Shown piece after piece: positions 53,050-64,000 of a DNA stretch of 64,000 nt. Under the pieces are notes generated by a model. That model was not told the origin of the DNA. It saw only the letters and a program-made list of their open reading frames with translations, and did not search any database. The position numbers were made by a program, and so were the translations under genes. How positions within the stretch are numbered: position 1 is the stretch's first letter; every line of letters starts with the position of its first letter. Location of the stretch: NCBI RefSeq assembly GCF_032191835.1, contig NC_083239.1:13640001-13704000 (forward strand), written 5' to 3'. The stretch is from Heteronotia binoei (Eukaryota).

Positions 53050-53950
53050 AGGGATTTGAACTGGGAGGCTCGCAGGCGTTTCTTCTTCGGGCCCCGCCTT
53101 TCTCGCGCTGCCGTCCCTTTAAAAATTTATATTCGCCAACTGACTCGAGGGAGAAATAGCTGCTGAGCCAAACCATGCCGGTGCTTCCGTTCAGCTTTTC
53201 TTTTTTTGTAGTTAAGGCGAGCGAGAAGGCGCCTGCAGTTGCGCGCGTCAAAGGAAGGGGCGGGAACGTTAAGCGCAAGAGGAGGGGGAGGACTTCCGGC
53301 AAAAGGGTTGTGCTTGGGCGCGCATGCGCATAGCCCAGCGTCGGAAAGCCTCCCACGGACGACTGAAGAGAAATTCTTCAGACTTAATCGGCAAGAGGGG
53401 GACTTCCGGTGGGAAGGAACAACAGCACATGCGCGCCCCTCGCGAGCGGCGGAGACTTGCGCCTCAGTGTGTGCCGAAGTAGAAACTCGGGCGGCTCAAG
53501 TCAGTTGGTCTGAGGCGAAGCCAGCAAGAGGAGTCGGGGTTGCGGGCGGCCACGCAACTTCCGCCTCTTCAACCGTCACCGCGCTGCAGACTGGCCGGAG
53601 CTGGCTGAGAAAAAGAGCGGAGTCAGGAGGGGCCGCGCCAAGAGCCGCCGGCACCGTCACAGGCCCGGCCGGACCGGACCGGGAAGGCGCAAGGAGAACG
53701 ACACGGAGAAGGGACCCGACCGGCACCCGTAGCCCCGGAGGGGCTGCGCCGAGCTCCATGAATGGAAATCAGCAGTGCAGGTGAGGGAGGAGGCTGCCGG
53801 GATGCGGGGCTCTGGAAGAGCTGGACCTTATCGGGGGAGGCGGGCGGTTAGAGTCAAATATATAGCTTAAAGGAAAAGGTTCGCCTCCCCCAACATGCTA
53901 CTCTGGGGAAGTCCGCGAACTCCGAGCGGGATGGCAACAAGTCGGCTTCT
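53050..53950 (+). promoter_or_regulatory. AGO3: CpG-island promoter and 5'UTR of AGO3 with ETS/GABP and NRF1-type motifs
   Basis: Abrupt CpG-rich block; GACTTCCGG at 53291-53299 and 53401-53409; CGCGCATGCGCA at 53319-53330; no evident TATA box. Confidence 0.8.
53762..53780 (+). CDS. AGO3: AGO3 first coding exon (MEISSA + G, 19 nt)
   Basis: ATG GAA ATC AGC AGT GCA G|gtgagg; resembles the human AGO3 N-terminus MEIGSAG; inside a CpG island directly downstream of AGO1; exon 2 not in the window. Confidence 0.85.
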
Positions 53951-54284
53951 TCTCTCCTTCCCCTCTCCCGACAATTATTATTCAGAGGTATGCTGCCTTT
54001 GGCTCTGGAGGGTTCTGTCTGGCTGTAAACGCTGGTGTTTCTCCTTTGTAAATTGGTGGGCAGAGCCTTTGGCCATGGAGGTTCTGTTTGGCTGTGATGG
54101 TTAGATTTATTTAATTGTCTTAGTTTGGAGGGCAAAGGGGCAACCTTGGTGATGGATTACTGGCTTGATTGTTGTATGGTAGCTTGGCAGATCATGCATT
54201 GTAGATGGCTGGAAGCTGATGTGCTTTGGCACTTAGATTTTCTGATTGTTTATTATTTGTTTCATCTGAAACCTGCCTTTCTCC

Positions 54285-54480
54285 TCAGTAAAGCCCCCAA
54301 ATGGCTAAGAAGATCATTCTCCTCTTTTCCATATTATCCTCACAGCAACTCTATGAGGTAGGCTAGGCTGAGAGCTTGAGATTGGCCCAGGGTCAAACAG
54401 CAAACTTCCATGGCAGAGAGGGGATTTGAACCTGGGTCTACAAGATCATAGTCCAACACTCTAATCACTACAGCCCACTG
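54285..54480 (-). mobile_element. Older MIR-like SINE
   Basis: tcctcacagcaactctatgaggtagg CORE-like segment; B-box gggatttgaacc on the opposite strand. Confidence 0.6.
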
Positions 54481-54510
54481 ACCTCTGGGAATTGAAACAA
54501 TTACAGAATT

Positions 54511-54776
54511 ATCAAAGATTCCAGGTTTTCACGGCTGGTAACATCATTAGGGTTTGTAGAATCTTTCGGGATCAAGTGCCGTGTTCTACTGGAGAAAGTT
54601 TTCCTTCCAGACGTTTCGTTCTCAGCTGCGGAGAACATCCTCAGTGGCGTTGCAGCTTGGACGCCACTGCAACGCCACTGAGGATGTTCTCCGCAGCTGA
54701 GAACGAAACGTCTGGAAGGAAAACTTTCTCCAGTAGAACACGGCACTTGATCCCGAAAGATTCTACAAACCCTAAT
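54511..54776. mobile_element. Penelope-like element remnant forming a perfect palindrome (110-bp arms, 11-nt loop)
   Basis: Arms 54546-54655 and 54667-54776 are exact reverse complements; Penelope-type motifs ggttttcacggctgg and agacgtttcg; flanks AATTACAGAATT (54499-54510) and AATTGCAGAATT (54777-54788). Confidence 0.8.
54675..54715 (+). ncRNA. Minimal type-I hammerhead ribozyme motif (mirror copy on the minus strand at 54607-54647)
   Basis: CCA-CTGAGGA-T-GTTCTC-cgcagct-GAGAAC-GAAA-C-GTC-TGG: core boxes, 6-bp stem II, palindromic ACGT stem III, GUC triplet, 3-bp stem I. Confidence 0.65.
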
Positions 54777-54959
54777 AATTGCAGAATTGTTGTGGCCAGT
54801 GCAAATGTAAGGAGTGTTTTTTGTTTTGTCTTTTTTTTTTTTTAGCTTAGTAGTAAGTCCCTATAACTTAACTGTAGAAGTCCTGTAGAATTCATGCCCT
54901 CACGCACTAGCAAAAGACAATGATAAAAGGAGGAAGATGAATATCCTTGAGGAGGAAGG

Positions 54960-55340
54960 TCCAGAGTCTTTGCGCATGACTGAAAAGGCCTTCTCCCAGA
55001 TTGCTACAGATCTACCCTCAGACAGCAGGGGTACCTGAAGCAGGGTCCCTGAAGGTGAACATAGTGGTCAGGTAGATTAGTATAGGAGTAGGTAGTTCCT
55101 AAGGTAAGTTGGCTGCAGACCGTATAAGGCTTTAAAGGTGAATACCTTGAATTGGGCCTGGGAATAAATTGAAAGGTGATGAAGATGGTCGGTGACTGAA
55201 ATGATAGTCAGCATCCTGTCTGCAGCATTCTGTACCCGTTAAAGATTCCAAATACTTTTCAAGGGCAGCATAGCCCATATGGAGCATATTCCAGTAATCT
55301 AATCTAGATGTGGCCATCTTTTGTGCCCAGAAAGGTTGCA
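54960..55340 (-). mobile_element. Degenerate L2 LINE fragment
   Basis: Minus-strand SRLDYWN motif (L2 SRLDYCN). Confidence 0.6.
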
Positions 55341-55554
55341 GATAGTTAACCGTTTTAAACTGGTAAAAGGCAATGCCTTCTTTGGGTTGTGAAATGGGGT
55401 AGATTTGTTTGTACTGGCAGTTAAGCCCACTTGTTAAAACACAATAATTTTGTGTATTTACATTATTTGCAGTTGGAGATGTAAATGCTGCATGTCAGGA
55501 ACCCAGAGCACCAATATCCCTATAGCCAGTGGTCTTTGTGGCTGCTTATCACTA

Positions 55555-55715
55555 CGCATGGTCCTGGCTGGGAGACCTCCAAGGAATATCAGGGTCATGC
55601 CGCAGAGGCAGGCAATGGCAAACCACTTCTGAATGTCGCTTGTCCTGAAAGGCTTATGGGGTCACTAAGAGTCAGCTGTGACTTGACAGCACTTTCCACC
55701 ACCGTGACTGCACAT
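55555..55715 (+). mobile_element. 5S/Sauria-like SINE copy
   Basis: gggagacctccaaggaata...gcagaggcaggcaatggcaaaccac...gtgacttgacagcact. Confidence 0.6.
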
Positions 55716-57786
55716 TAAGCTACTGTAAACTGAATTGTGCTACCAAGGTACTATCTGTTCAGACTGTCGGCAGCTCTCAAAGGCCTCAGGTGAAATTTTT
55801 TTGCATCGCCTACTACCTTTTAGCAGGAGAAGCCAGGGACTGAACCTTCTGCTTGCCACACAGATGCTGTATCACTGAATTACAGCCCCACCTATGACCA
55901 TCCTAAACTAATTAGTGCCAGTGTTGACTAATGCGAGCAAATAGCTGGATTCTCAATTTTGTGATACATTGTTGTAGGATTTACTTTCATCATTATTTTT
56001 ATTCTGTCAGTCTTAGATCTTTAAGCATCAAATTCTGCCCAGTTTTATCCCATTTTGCAAAATGGTTTTGGAATTGTCGTTGTGATCCACATCTTCACAC
56101 AGCCAAACTATTTTGAAAGCTGGTTCAAGGTGTGTTGCTTTGTTACACTGAGCTTGAGCATTAAAAAGGTTACTGATGAGCGGCTCCATGAGTCACTGTG
56201 AGAAGAGAAAGGTTTAAAATATGTAAGTGTATTCGGTGTTTTTTATGGTACACCATGAAGGTTATTTTTATGTAACAGGGAATTTGTTGTATGGAAGAAT
56301 TGTGATTATAACATACATTTTTCTGTGGTAGCTATTAGGCTTGCTTTTTAATTGGAGAGATGCACAGACCCTTAATCTCTCTTCTTGGTGTACAAATACA
56401 AATCTCTTTTCTTAGTATACAAATACTTACCACAAGACTTTTAACGTGGACAGCCTAATTAGTTGGTAAGTAAGAAAGTAACTGAATTACAAAATTGTGT
56501 GTAAGCTATTGAACATTCAGGGAATGGTAACTAGCTTTTAAGTTTGTGACTTTAAGTCTTATTGAACAGTTATTTCCAAATAACCATACTTAGTTACCGT
56601 CACCATCTTAAGCTCTGTGGATCTGTTGGCACACTCCTCCCCAAGTGCTGTTTTCTTTTGATTACAAGGAAACAACATTTAACACTTCTGGGCATTATTC
56701 CCATGCATCTCACTCTCTATGCAAGAGTACGTAGAAGGAAAGATGCCTACAGTTCAGCTATAGAGAAGGTCCCGGGTTGAAGATCTGGCATCTTGAGTGA
56801 AAGGATCTTGAGTAGCAGTGTAGAGAAAGTCTTCTTCCTGAGACCATGAAGAGATGACTGCCAGTCAGTCAGCTAGATGAACGAATTGTCTGGCTCAGTA
56901 TTGAGCAGCTTCAGTACACCTGTTACAGATGTGCTGGATGCAGTTCCAGAGGTTTCCTCTAGAAATAAGTGTTATTTTAAGGTTCTGATGATCAGATTGT
57001 GTACCTTTTAGGCAGCATTTTCCTCTTTTAAAAAACCCCCTAGAAATAAATAATTTTCTTATCCCTGACTTCACTAGTTCTAGAACAAAGTCTGAGTAGT
57101 AGCTCCCCCTGAGCCCGCCTTGGCGTGGAGGGCGGGGTATAAATCAAATTAAACTTAAAACACCTCTGGGCTTCTCTTTTCCCAGGTTCAACAGATCAAT
57201 TCCCTACCAGTTGCTGTGCGACTTCATTTTGATTTGCACATCCTTCCAATTCTCCCCGCAACTACCTGATCTTAAACATATACAACATAATGAAGATGTT
57301 TTAACAGATGTAAAGAGGAATAACAAGCTACATATATAAGACCACTGTTGTTTGGTTTAATCCTGGGGAAAAAGAGTGAAGCACATAGAAATATCAGAAT
57401 TGGAGATAGATGTGTAAATGTATCATTCTCAATTGTGGAGTTTGTCTGCTGCCTTGAAAACCCTATTCCCAGCTTGCTACAGTAGACGTGTTTCCTGCAT
57501 TGTTGTATACTACTTTCCTTCAAGTGGTTTTTAACTCCTGTGCCTGTGGGATACAAGTGAGTTTCATTCTCTGCGTAAAGATGTTTCCCAGAAGGAAAGT
57601 GTTTTACACTAGGCAGTGTACATTCCAAGCCCTGGTACAGTAAAGGGTTGTGTCCCCCCCCCCCCCCCCAATTTCCAATGTACTGGGAAAATACTTTGAA
57701 GCCAGGGAAGTATTGGCTGGCCCAGGAGAAGTAGTTTAAAAAAGATGGAGCAACTAAATCAGCAAGGGGTCCTTGAGTTAAATGTG

Positions 57787-58196
57787 TGTGGTCGTTTTGT
57801 AGAAAAATAGATGGCGGAGCTCATTAGTATAACTCATTAGTATATGCCACCACCACCCCCAGCCAAAAGCAACCCGATGCAAGAAAGGAGAGCCCCGGGT
57901 GAGCGAGGCCTGCTTGGGCTGGCTAGAGATCCCCCCAGTCAAAAGGCCAGCAAGCCATCCGCCACCCAAAAGAAGTGGAGAAAGGGTGGTGTGGGCTTCT
58001 TCAGGGGTTAATGAGGGCTGCTGGGGGCATGGCAAAGCCCCTGGTGGCTGGCTAGCTGCCTGTACTCCTAATCCAGGGATTGTTATGCAGCTGCACCTAC
58101 TATTCAATGGACAAGGTAGGTGGGGAGGAATAGGGGGAACTGTCAGAAAGGTTCAGGAGCCATGCTCCTGAGAGCTCCTGCTGAATCTGAGGCCTG
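57787..58196. mobile_element. Longer copy of the 28604 hAT-type MITE family
   Basis: Shares ttttgtagaaaaatag, atccagggattgttatgcagctgca and ctgaatctgaggcctg. Confidence 0.7.
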
Positions 58197-60373
58197 TGTT
58201 TAATGAATGCTTAACATACTTATGGGTGGCGCTTCCATGTATTAGGGTATTTTTCAAAGCAGCGTTCTATATTTAATATTCCATGGAACTTTGTGAGTCA
58301 CTGAAGTAATTGCTCATCTATGTAAATGCAATTAATTCTAATGGTCTAAATGTTGTTGGGGAAACAGCATTTTGCTAATCTTTGGAAAACCATCTTACAA
58401 GTGGTGCACCAGTGGTGAGAACTGGTGGAATGTTTTATTATATATTTTATTGTTAATATTCTATGTTTCCTAATAATGTTTTTAACTGTTATTAGCTGCC
58501 CTGAGCCCGTCAGGGGAGGGCGGGATATAAATCTGATAAATAAATAAACCAAGTTAGACCTTAGGTGGAGGGTGCTGCTGGACCTCTTTTTTCATCCTAA
58601 GAAGTTCTGCTTTCTGCATGTTTGTTTTTTATGGGCAAGAGAGTAAGCCCCTCAGAATGCTGTGCAGTTTCAGAGCTTATACTTGATGCATCAAACATAA
58701 AGTCAAGGAGAAATATTTGGCTCCATTTGTGGGATGTTGTGAATCCAGACTCTGAGTTCCATAGGGCTGGGTGGCTGTTTGGCCTGCTATTAAAATTGGT
58801 AGAGAAAAAGAGCTTTTATTTTATCAGTCAAAACAGATTTTTTTTAAAAAAACCCTAGACACTTGAAGCCAAGTTTCCAAGATCTTGCAGTAGGCCGTAC
58901 TGGACTAGATGACTCTACTGGTCTAATTTGATATAAAAGATATACCGTAGTTGGTTATAACTAATTTGATATAAGACAGCTTCCTATGTAAAACATGTAA
59001 ATTATAAGCTGTTCAGAGGACAGTTGAGGGTTATATTTTTCACTGCCCTATTTTCCTTCTTTCTCTGCTGCAAATTTAGCTATGAGATAATATATAGGCA
59101 GTTTCTCCCACCAGTTATTATGCTGCTGTGCAGGGGTGTGGGGGGGGAAGCAGTTGGAAACTAGGGGTTTGCATATAGAAGTTGACTAGCCTTGGGGTCC
59201 CAAACGTTTCATAGGTCTCTCTGACCCTATTCTGCAATATCATGTTCTGTAGTTATATTATATGAGCAATTACTTCAGTGACTGTTCTGACATTCACTTA
59301 AGATAAATAGCCAATCAGAGCTGTGTACATGATAAATACATGGTACATGTAGGTTGATATTTATTTAATCAGCTTGTCAGTATAATTGTACATCTTATTC
59401 TTGAAAGAATTTCCCATACGTGCATCTGCAATTACTGTATAGTGGGGTGGGTGGAGGGAACATCACAGTAAATCCCATGTCAACCAGTCACAGGTCTGTG
59501 TTTTCTTTAAACATAGAAGTGTTTGAAATTACAACAGATTATCATTTGTCTAGCATTTAAGTGATTTGATTTTTGCTGGTTTACCATTGAGTTGGAAAGT
59601 AGTATTGCAACATTCTAAACTCTTAAACTTGCGTCCACTAGTTTTAACATCTGTATCTATTTACTAGTTGACTCATTACACATAATGTATGAGCAACTAT
59701 AAAATCATTTAAAAAGGACAGTTAACAGATATGCTTGAGGAATGCCCAGTGTGCTGATAAATAATGCTGGAGTCTTTTAGTATTGCATGTTTTTAGTGTT
59801 CTGGAGTTTTTGAAGTTCTTATTAAAAATAACCAGTGATTAGGCAGATCTGTTTCTTCAGCCCTGTAGCACATTCATACATTAAGCTAAGTAAGGTGGCA
59901 TTAGAAAACATTTGTTCTCTGGATGCTTGATTTGCTGTAATGCATTTGTGGCTAAATCTGTGGATACTTGAACTCAGAGACTGGGGCTATGAGCAGACAG
60001 ATCTTTCTACAAACCTGAAAAAGCCTCAAGTTTGCAGAAAAAACTGAAATCTAAGGAAATAAACATACATATACATACATGGGGAGTTAACACCTCCAAA
60101 AAAGAATTGAAGCAGTGCCTGTAGGTTGAAAAAAACAAATTACTTTTCAGTGACCACTGGGGAATTGGTAGGCAATTGCAACAATGTTGTCAGTCTTCAA
60201 GCCTTGGTTTCTATCAGTAAAGGGCAGGGGGAGGAGAGCAGAACCCTTTCCAGGCTGTTTTGGCCGTAGAGGCAAAACTCATCAAGTCCAGGACTGGCAG
60301 CAGCCACTGGGTGACTTGATACCATAACTCACCCAGGAGTGGCTGTATGCTATTGTTGCAGCCACCCCACAAA

Positions 60374-60545
60374 AGCCAGTATAGTGTAATGGTTAGAGTT
60401 TCAGGCTAGGATCTTGAAGACCATGGTTGAACTCCCCACTCTGCCATTAAAATTTACTTAGGCCTGGTATCAGTCACAGATTCTCAGCCTAACCAACCTC
60501 TCAGGATTGTTGTGAGGATGAAATGGAGAGGAGAATGATACAAAT
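60374..60545 (+). mobile_element. Older MIR-like SINE
   Basis: gccagtatagtgtaatggttagag head; caggattgttgtgaggatgaaatgg CORE. Confidence 0.6.
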
Positions 60546-60555
60546 GAATAAATAT

Positions 60556-61156
60556 GAAGATGATGATGATATTGGATTTATTTCCCGCCCTCCACTCCGA
60601 AGAGTCTCAGAGCGGCTCACAATCTCCTTTACCTTCCTCCCCCACAACAGACACCCTGTGAGGTGGGTGGGGCTGGAGAGGGCTCTCACAGCAGCTGCCC
60701 TTTCAAGGACAGAGTCTCAGAGCGGCTCACAATCTCCTTTCCCTTCCTCCCCCACAACAGACACCCTGTGAGGTGGGTGGGGCTGGAGAGGGCTCTCACA
60801 GCAGCTGCCCTTTCAAGGACAGAGTCTCAGAGCGGCTCACAATCTCCTTTCCCTTCCTCCCCCACAACAGACACCCTGTGAGGTAGATGAAGATATTGGA
60901 TTTATATCCCGCCCTCCACTCTGAAGAGTCTCAGAGCGGCTCACAATCTCCTTTCCCTTCCTCCCCCACAACAGACACCCTGTGAGGTGGGTGGGGCTGA
61001 GAGGGCTCTCCCAGCAGCTGCCCTTTCAAGGACAACCTCTGCCAGAGCTCTGGCTGACCCAAGGCCATTCCAGCAGGTGCAAGTGGAGGAGTGGGGAATC
61101 AAACCCGGTTCTCCCAGGTAAGAGTCTGCACACTTAACCACTACACCAATCTGGCT
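60556..61156 (-). mobile_element. Squam3-like SINE with an internal 110-bp tandem amplification
   Basis: Near-identical units start at 60601, 60711 and 60821 (third truncated at ~60884); a complete SINE spans ~60885-61156. Confidence 0.9.
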
Positions 61157-62050
61157 AAATATAGCTGAAGATGAAGGACAAATAAAAGGTGGGTGGGTGA
61201 GAAGGAGAAAAGAAAGCAGGGATAGGTAAAGAGTGTGGGGGCTGCCAGGAGGAGAAAAGAAATAACATTGGGAAGAGGGTGCAGGAGAAAGTGAGGTGCA
61301 AATCCTTTGTGTCCTCCACCACATAACTGAACCCGGTGGCAGACAGTGCACAACTGGGCTTCGCTAGGTGGCTAGCACCGTGCAACTTGGCCAGAATTTT
61401 CCCAGGTAGAGGCTGTCAGCAGGACAGAAAACAGAAGATAGGGAACAGCTGAAGGTAGGTTGGCTGGTGGCTGGAAAGGAATGAAGGAAGCAGGAAAAGG
61501 GGAGAGACTGTTGGGGCTTTCAGGGAAGGGAAATAGTGGGGAGATTGAAACATGACATCTCCCTTCCCCTTATAAGTCCTTGCAGGTTTCCGTTTGTAGT
61601 GAATACAAGAAGGGACCCACAACACAATGTTTCATAATATGTTGCACTCCACTGCCACCCACCCTTCACATTCATTCACCCCCCACTATTGCTGTATTCC
61701 CACCTACCCTTGGTCTCTTCCCACCTCCACCTCCCTACTCTTAGCACTCCATTACCTCTTCATCTTTTCCCTTCCTTTGCTTCCTCCACACTTTTTGTAA
61801 CAAACTTCTCCTTCTTTCTTTCCCTCTCCCTTTTTCTGTCAGCATTCCTTCACTCTAGTTCTAACCCTTACCTTCTCTGACAATCATTCCATTTCCCCAG
61901 CTTTGCTTATTCCCCTCTCCTACCACACCTTCTCCACCTCTCTCATCTTCCTTCCCCCACTCCTTCTCTTACTTATGTCTTCATTCCCCCCCGTCTTTCT
62001 CCCTTTCTTTTTCTTCTCCTCCCTGCACCAAGACTACTCCCAGAGAACCA

Positions 62051-62298
62051 TTGATGTAATGGTTAAGTGCGCAGACTCTTATCTGGGAGAACCGGGCTTG
62101 ATTCCCCACTCCTCCGCTTGCAGCTGCTGGGTCAGCCATAGCTCTCACCGCAGTTGTCCTTGAAAGGGCAGCTTCTGTGAGAGCTCTCTCAGCCCCACCT
62201 ACCTCAGAGGGTGTTCGTTGTGGGGGACAGGGAAGGTAAAGGAGATTGTGACCGCTCTGAGATTCAGAGTGGGCGGGTTATAAATCCAATATCTTCTC
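62051..62298 (+). mobile_element. Squam3-like SINE, inverted relative to 60556-61156
   Basis: gatgtaatggttaagtgcgcagactcttatctgggagaaccggg head; ends ataaatccaatatcttc. Confidence 0.85.
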
Positions 62299-64000
62299 TT
62301 TCCTGCCAACCCCCATGCCAATTTCCCCTTCTTCATCTCTCTATCTGAAGCCAATCCCCCTTTTTTCCTCTCTCCCCCGAGCCATTCTGTTGTCCTTTCT
62401 CTGTCTCCCCCCAGCAAATTCCCCCTTCTCCACCTGTCATTTTTTTGTGACAGCCCCAGTGGTGGCTCAGGAAGCTGTGGTCCTAACTTCCTGTATGTTG
62501 GCAATGGTTCTGGTGGTGAGCAGTGTAAGTGGTGGCATGGACAGTAAGTTGCAGGCATTAATTGGCAGTAGTCCTGGGGGTGGTGGGGAGGGGTCTAGCA
62601 GGGACAGTTTTTGGTGAGGTGGCTTTCCTTGCATCTGCAGTGTCTTTTTCCAATGGTCCCAGCTGCAGTGGGGACAGTTGTTGCAGCAGTAAGGACCATT
62701 AGAGGTGGAGTGGGCACAGCGACTATTCCTGTACCTCAGTGAGTAAATTCTGTGCGCAGGCTCAGAGCAAGCTGTTTTAGGAGAATTAAGTGTTCGCCCG
62801 TATAATTTTTTAAATATGTAAGATTTTTCTGCACACCAAGGAGCGCTGCAAGTGTGCAGGAAAATCTCTGTACCCTCCATGTGCCCTCTATCTGTAAAAA
62901 TAAGTATCCACATGGAGAGGGGGCATGTTGAGAATGAGATATATAGATATTAACATGTACCATCACTACTTGGTGTAAAAATTCACTTGGTTAATTCATA
63001 GAGGAACTGATGCTAGACTTTTGAGCAGGCTGTGCACTGATAGCACTGCTTGGTCAGTAACTGGGTGGTGCTAACCACTACATTTGGTTTTAAACTTGGG
63101 TGTGTCACCTAAGGACTAGGCCAAGATCTACAGATCATCTAGTCTATTCTATTGCAATAAGGCCAGTTTCTTGATTCATTAATCACCCTTTGTGCAACAT
63201 GTCATCTCCCGGTTTAAATAAACTTCCACCATCTGGATAGTCGGGACTAAGCTTTAGATTCCTGCAGTCAGGAACAAGTGTAGTAAATTAGACAGCAAGT
63301 CAACCAAACCAAACCTCATGCCAAGGGTAGGGGAGAAAAATCCCATAGTGATTAGTTTGTGTTGGAAGAAAATTACTCTAATCACAGACAATTTAGTTTA
63401 AATATCAAACACAAAACAAAATCTTTCTGCTAAGCCTTTCTAGTGTGGAATCTGCTCAGCCTCGTGCATGTCTCTGTTGCACTTAACAGTCCGTCCCCAG
63501 GGATCTCAGAAAAGAAAGTGTGGTAGATGTGTTTTGAATGGGAGCCTTGGCTGTGATGTTTTCTTAAGATTAATTTTTTAGTGGTTTATAAAGTATAGCC
63601 TGTATAGTAGCAGAGTGACATGGTTTTCTTTCCTGTGCAGCTGTTTGCTGTTCTTGTTTATCTGTCTTGCTTACCTAATTATGTTGTATTCTTGACATTA
63701 TTTTGGGCACTAGGTTTGTAGATGAATGTGTTGCTTAAATAACCCACCGTGAAACGGTTACTGGGAAAGTCTTGTCAAAAGTGTTGGGTTCATGTGATGT
63801 GATGCTGCTCTTCTGTTGCATTCTGTATGTCGCTTATTGCTACAGCTTGTTGTTCTTATATAGCTCTTGAATCCCCATGAGTATTATGTACTTCAGTATC
63901 AGTAAGGAAAAACTTTTTGTGATTGTTGTCTTGTCTACTTTTATCTGCTCACAAGAATTATATCACAGCTTAAGTCAGTCGGTGGAAATACATCCAGCCT

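Noticed and set aside
53239-53784. 181-aa ORF across the CpG island
   Set aside because: Stop-poor GC-rich promoter/5'UTR DNA, no recognisable domain, and it ends in the AGO3 intron donor; only its last ATG is of interest
62051-62120. tRNA gene
   Set aside because: A/B boxes are present but continue into the SINE body shared with other copies; no acceptor stem or cloverleaf
62467-62913. 148-aa Cys/His-containing minus-strand ORF
   Set aside because: Cys spacing fits no zinc-finger family I can name; no supporting splice or promoter signals
53781-64000. AGO3 exon 2
   Set aside because: No sequence encoding the expected PRRPGYGT..KLLANCF segment was found; it probably lies beyond the window

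Overview
Vertebrate genomic DNA. The SINE and repeat content points to a squamate reptile, most likely a gecko (inference). The window holds the last 13 coding exons of AGO1 (+ strand, 728-31173; exons 7-19 by human numbering), each verified by GT-AG ends, a continuous reading frame and exon lengths matching human AGO1 as I recall them. It continues through a ~4.5 kb AGO1 3'UTR, ~17 kb of intergenic DNA, the CpG-island promoter and 19-nt first coding exon of AGO3 (53762-53780), and the start of AGO3 intron 1. This fits the conserved AGO4-AGO1-AGO3 cluster order. Introns and spacer are dense in mobile DNA: two decayed DIRS1-like retroelements (one carrying a nested L1 and a solo LTR), a deleted two-LTR Gypsy element, a second solo LTR, CR1 and L2 fragments, MIR-derived and 5S-derived SINEs, and hAT MITEs with exact 8-bp TSDs. 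The most notable observations are: (1) a perfect 110-bp-arm Penelope-type palindrome in AGO3 intron 1 with an intact minimal hammerhead ribozyme motif on each strand; (2) a let-7 seed site 15 nt after the AGO1 stop, within a 21-codon open extension (the AGO1x readthrough region); (3) a ~0.65 kb duplication of the DNA just upstream of the AGO3 promoter, whose paralog preserves empty insertion sites; (4) further intronic inverted repeats; (5) a consensus CTCF motif between the two genes. No prokaryotic system, CRISPR array or functional rRNA/tRNA gene was found. All alignments were done by eye.
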